Source of the DNA: Candidatus Moraniibacteriota bacterium
Lineage (GTDB): Bacteria; Patescibacteriota; Minisyncoccia; Moranbacterales; UBA1568
Length of the DNA stretch: 64,000 nt
NCBI GenBank assembly: GCA_963778555.1
Contig: CAVZUR010000005.1
Span: forward strand, 161,756-225,755
Reading direction: 5' to 3'
Position 1 is the stretch's first letter; every line of letters begins with the position of its first letter. A program made the translations under genes and the position numbers. The notes under the pieces are model-generated. The model was not told the origin of the DNA, ran no database searches, and worked only from the letters and a program-made list of their open reading frames with translations. Of the stretch, positions 62,770 through 64,000 are shown piece after piece.

Positions 62770-63470
62770 AACTTTCTGCGATCCAAAAGCTGACCCTGCT
62801 AGACTATCCGGACAAAGTCGCGTGCATCGCGTTTACTCCAGGCTGTAATTTGCGCTGCGGATTCTGTCATAATCCGGAATTTGTCCTGCCGGAGCGGCTC
62901 GCGGAACTCGCGGGCAGCTTCATACCGGAATCGCATTTCCTTGCCTTTCTCGAGCAGCGCCGGAAATTGCTGCAGGGCGTGGTCGTCTCGGGCGGGGAAC
63001 CCACCGTCTGGAGCGATTTGCCGGAATTTCTCGGACACATCAAGGAGCGGGGATTCGCGGTGAAACTCGATACAAACGGAAACCATCCACAGATGGTTGA
63101 GCATCTCATCCGTTCCGGGCTCGTTGATTATTTCGCTATGGACGTGAAGACCTCGCTCGAAGCGTACGGCCAGCTCGTCGGTCCAGGCGTCCAGCCTGAA
63201 CGTATTGCGGAGAGCATTGACCTGATTCGTAATTCCGGAGTCGAGTACGAGTTCCGGACCACACTCATCCGCGAACATCATACGGCTGATATTCTGCGGG
63301 CCGTGAAACAACTCTTGGACGGTGCGAAACGCGTCTATCTCCAGACCTTCCGCCCCGGCCACACGCTCATCCCGGCGTACACTGATTACCATGCGTTTTC
63401 GCCCGAGGAGATGGAATCGATCGCTGTACAATTCCGCGCGCCGAAGAGAGTGGTTGGAATCCGTGTCTAG
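62766..63470 (+). CDS. nrdG: anaerobic ribonucleotide reductase activating protein (radical SAM)
   Basis: The ORF is intact with the CxxxCxxC radical-SAM cluster motif GCNLRCGFCHNPEF and the NrdG-family C-terminal region. Confidence 0.85.
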   Translation: MKLSAIQKLTLLDYPDKVACIAFTPGCNLRCGFCHNPEFVLPERLAELAGSFIPESHFLAFLEQRRKLLQGVVVSGGEPTVWSDLPEFLGHIKERGFAVKLDTNGNHPQMVEHLIRSGLVDYFAMDVKTSLEAYGQLVGPGVQPERIAESIDLIRNSGVEYEFRTTLIREHHTADILRAVKQLLDGAKRVYLQTFRPGHTLIPAYTDYHAFSPEEMESIAVQFRAPKRVVGIRV

Positions 63471-63516
63471 TGTATTGCCTGTCTGGTAGACTATAATCAA
63501 ATAAACAGCTACAGAG

Positions 63517-64000
63517 TATGGAAGGACACAAACCATCCAACGGACGCGACTATTTCGTAGCGCTTTTGGTCGCGTCGGTGCTCTTGACCCTCTTCAGCTG
63601 CTATCTTCTCATCCGGCGCGGGTACTATTTTGATGCGCCACCGACGGCGGATATGCTCTACGTGCCGAATAAGGCCGTAGCGGGAGTCGGCATCGCGCTG
63701 CTCGCGCTCACCTTCCTCATCGGTCCGATCAGCCGCTATTTCAACCGTTTTGACTATTGGGTGGGGCTGCGCAAAGAGCTCGGCATCGTCGGGGCATTCT
63801 TTATCTTCGCACACGTCATCATTTCTTATCACTTCCTTCCGAAGAAATTTCCTCAGGAATGGTTTTCTTTTACCTCGCTCGAGTGGGCCGCGGGACTCGT
63901 GGGCACAATGCTGCTCCTCTTCCTCTTTATCATTTCGTTCCGCAAGATGGTTGAATTCATTGGTCCCGGGCGTTGGTGGTTCATGCAGCGCTGGGGTTTG
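63517..64000 (+). CDS. polytopic membrane protein, 3'-partial (runs off the window); ferric-reductase-like / MsrQ(YedZ)-like TM domain
   Basis: The frame is open from the ATG at 63517 to the window end. It has 4 or more TM helices with conserved His residues in helices (FIFAHVIISYHF). Confidence 0.4.

Noticed and set aside
63509-63832. 107-aa minus-strand ORF
   Set aside because: It is antisense to the open plus-strand membrane-protein frame that runs to the window end.

Overview
This 64-kb window reads as a compact, gene-dense bacterial chromosome segment of roughly 50% GC; Candidate Phyla Radiation / Patescibacteria is the best guess, not a certainty. That guess rests on a truncated ThrRS, DUF4012 and lamin-tail-domain proteins, small GIY-YIG proteins beside tRNAs, a 23S rRNA carrying a group I intron and not linked to a 16S gene, and very short intergenic regions.

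Housekeeping genes recognised from the translated ORFs include gpmI, rny, hup, a MazG-like gene plus yvcK, thrS, ftsW/rodA, secG, rnj, trpS, a PGM/PMM, ychF, groEL, pilB/gspE, relA/spoT, a fur-family regulator with a ZIP transporter, topA, dprA, an ldhA-like dehydrogenase and the nrdD-nrdG pair. RNA genes are a 23S-5S rRNA unit, six intact tRNAs (Ser-TGA, Arg-TCG, Pro-TGG, Gly-TCC, Gly-CCC, Leu-CAG) and several tRNA fragments or degenerate copies.

The most notable structures, none of which I can resolve functionally from sequence alone:
- Two small inverted-repeat-bounded insertions that share the core CCGTTAGAGA and sit inside partially duplicated tRNA-Ser and tRNA-Pro genes; one carries a GIY-YIG ORF.
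- A GC-rich cassette bounded by 24-bp palindromes (7431-8064) with a near-consensus promoter, two small Cys-containing ORFs and a terminator.
- A GC-rich, promoter- and terminator-bounded candidate ncRNA between rny and hup.
- A 392-nt ORF-less group I intron at the I-CreI-type site (E. coli 2593) of the 23S rRNA.
- A 1.5-kb AT-rich cassette flanked by a ~52-bp duplication of the pilB 3' end.
- Tandem paralogous lipoproteins whose promoter-leader region is also duplicated.
- A PAS domain fused to an ECF sigma factor.

Many long genes are interrupted by frameshifts: P-type ATPase, DUF4012, trpS, PGM, ZIP, topA, PurM-like, EVE and nrdD. Because several are essential, these may be assembly or sequencing indels rather than real pseudogenes. 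Feature coordinates follow the supplied ORF track; where I counted by hand they may be off by 1-2 nt.
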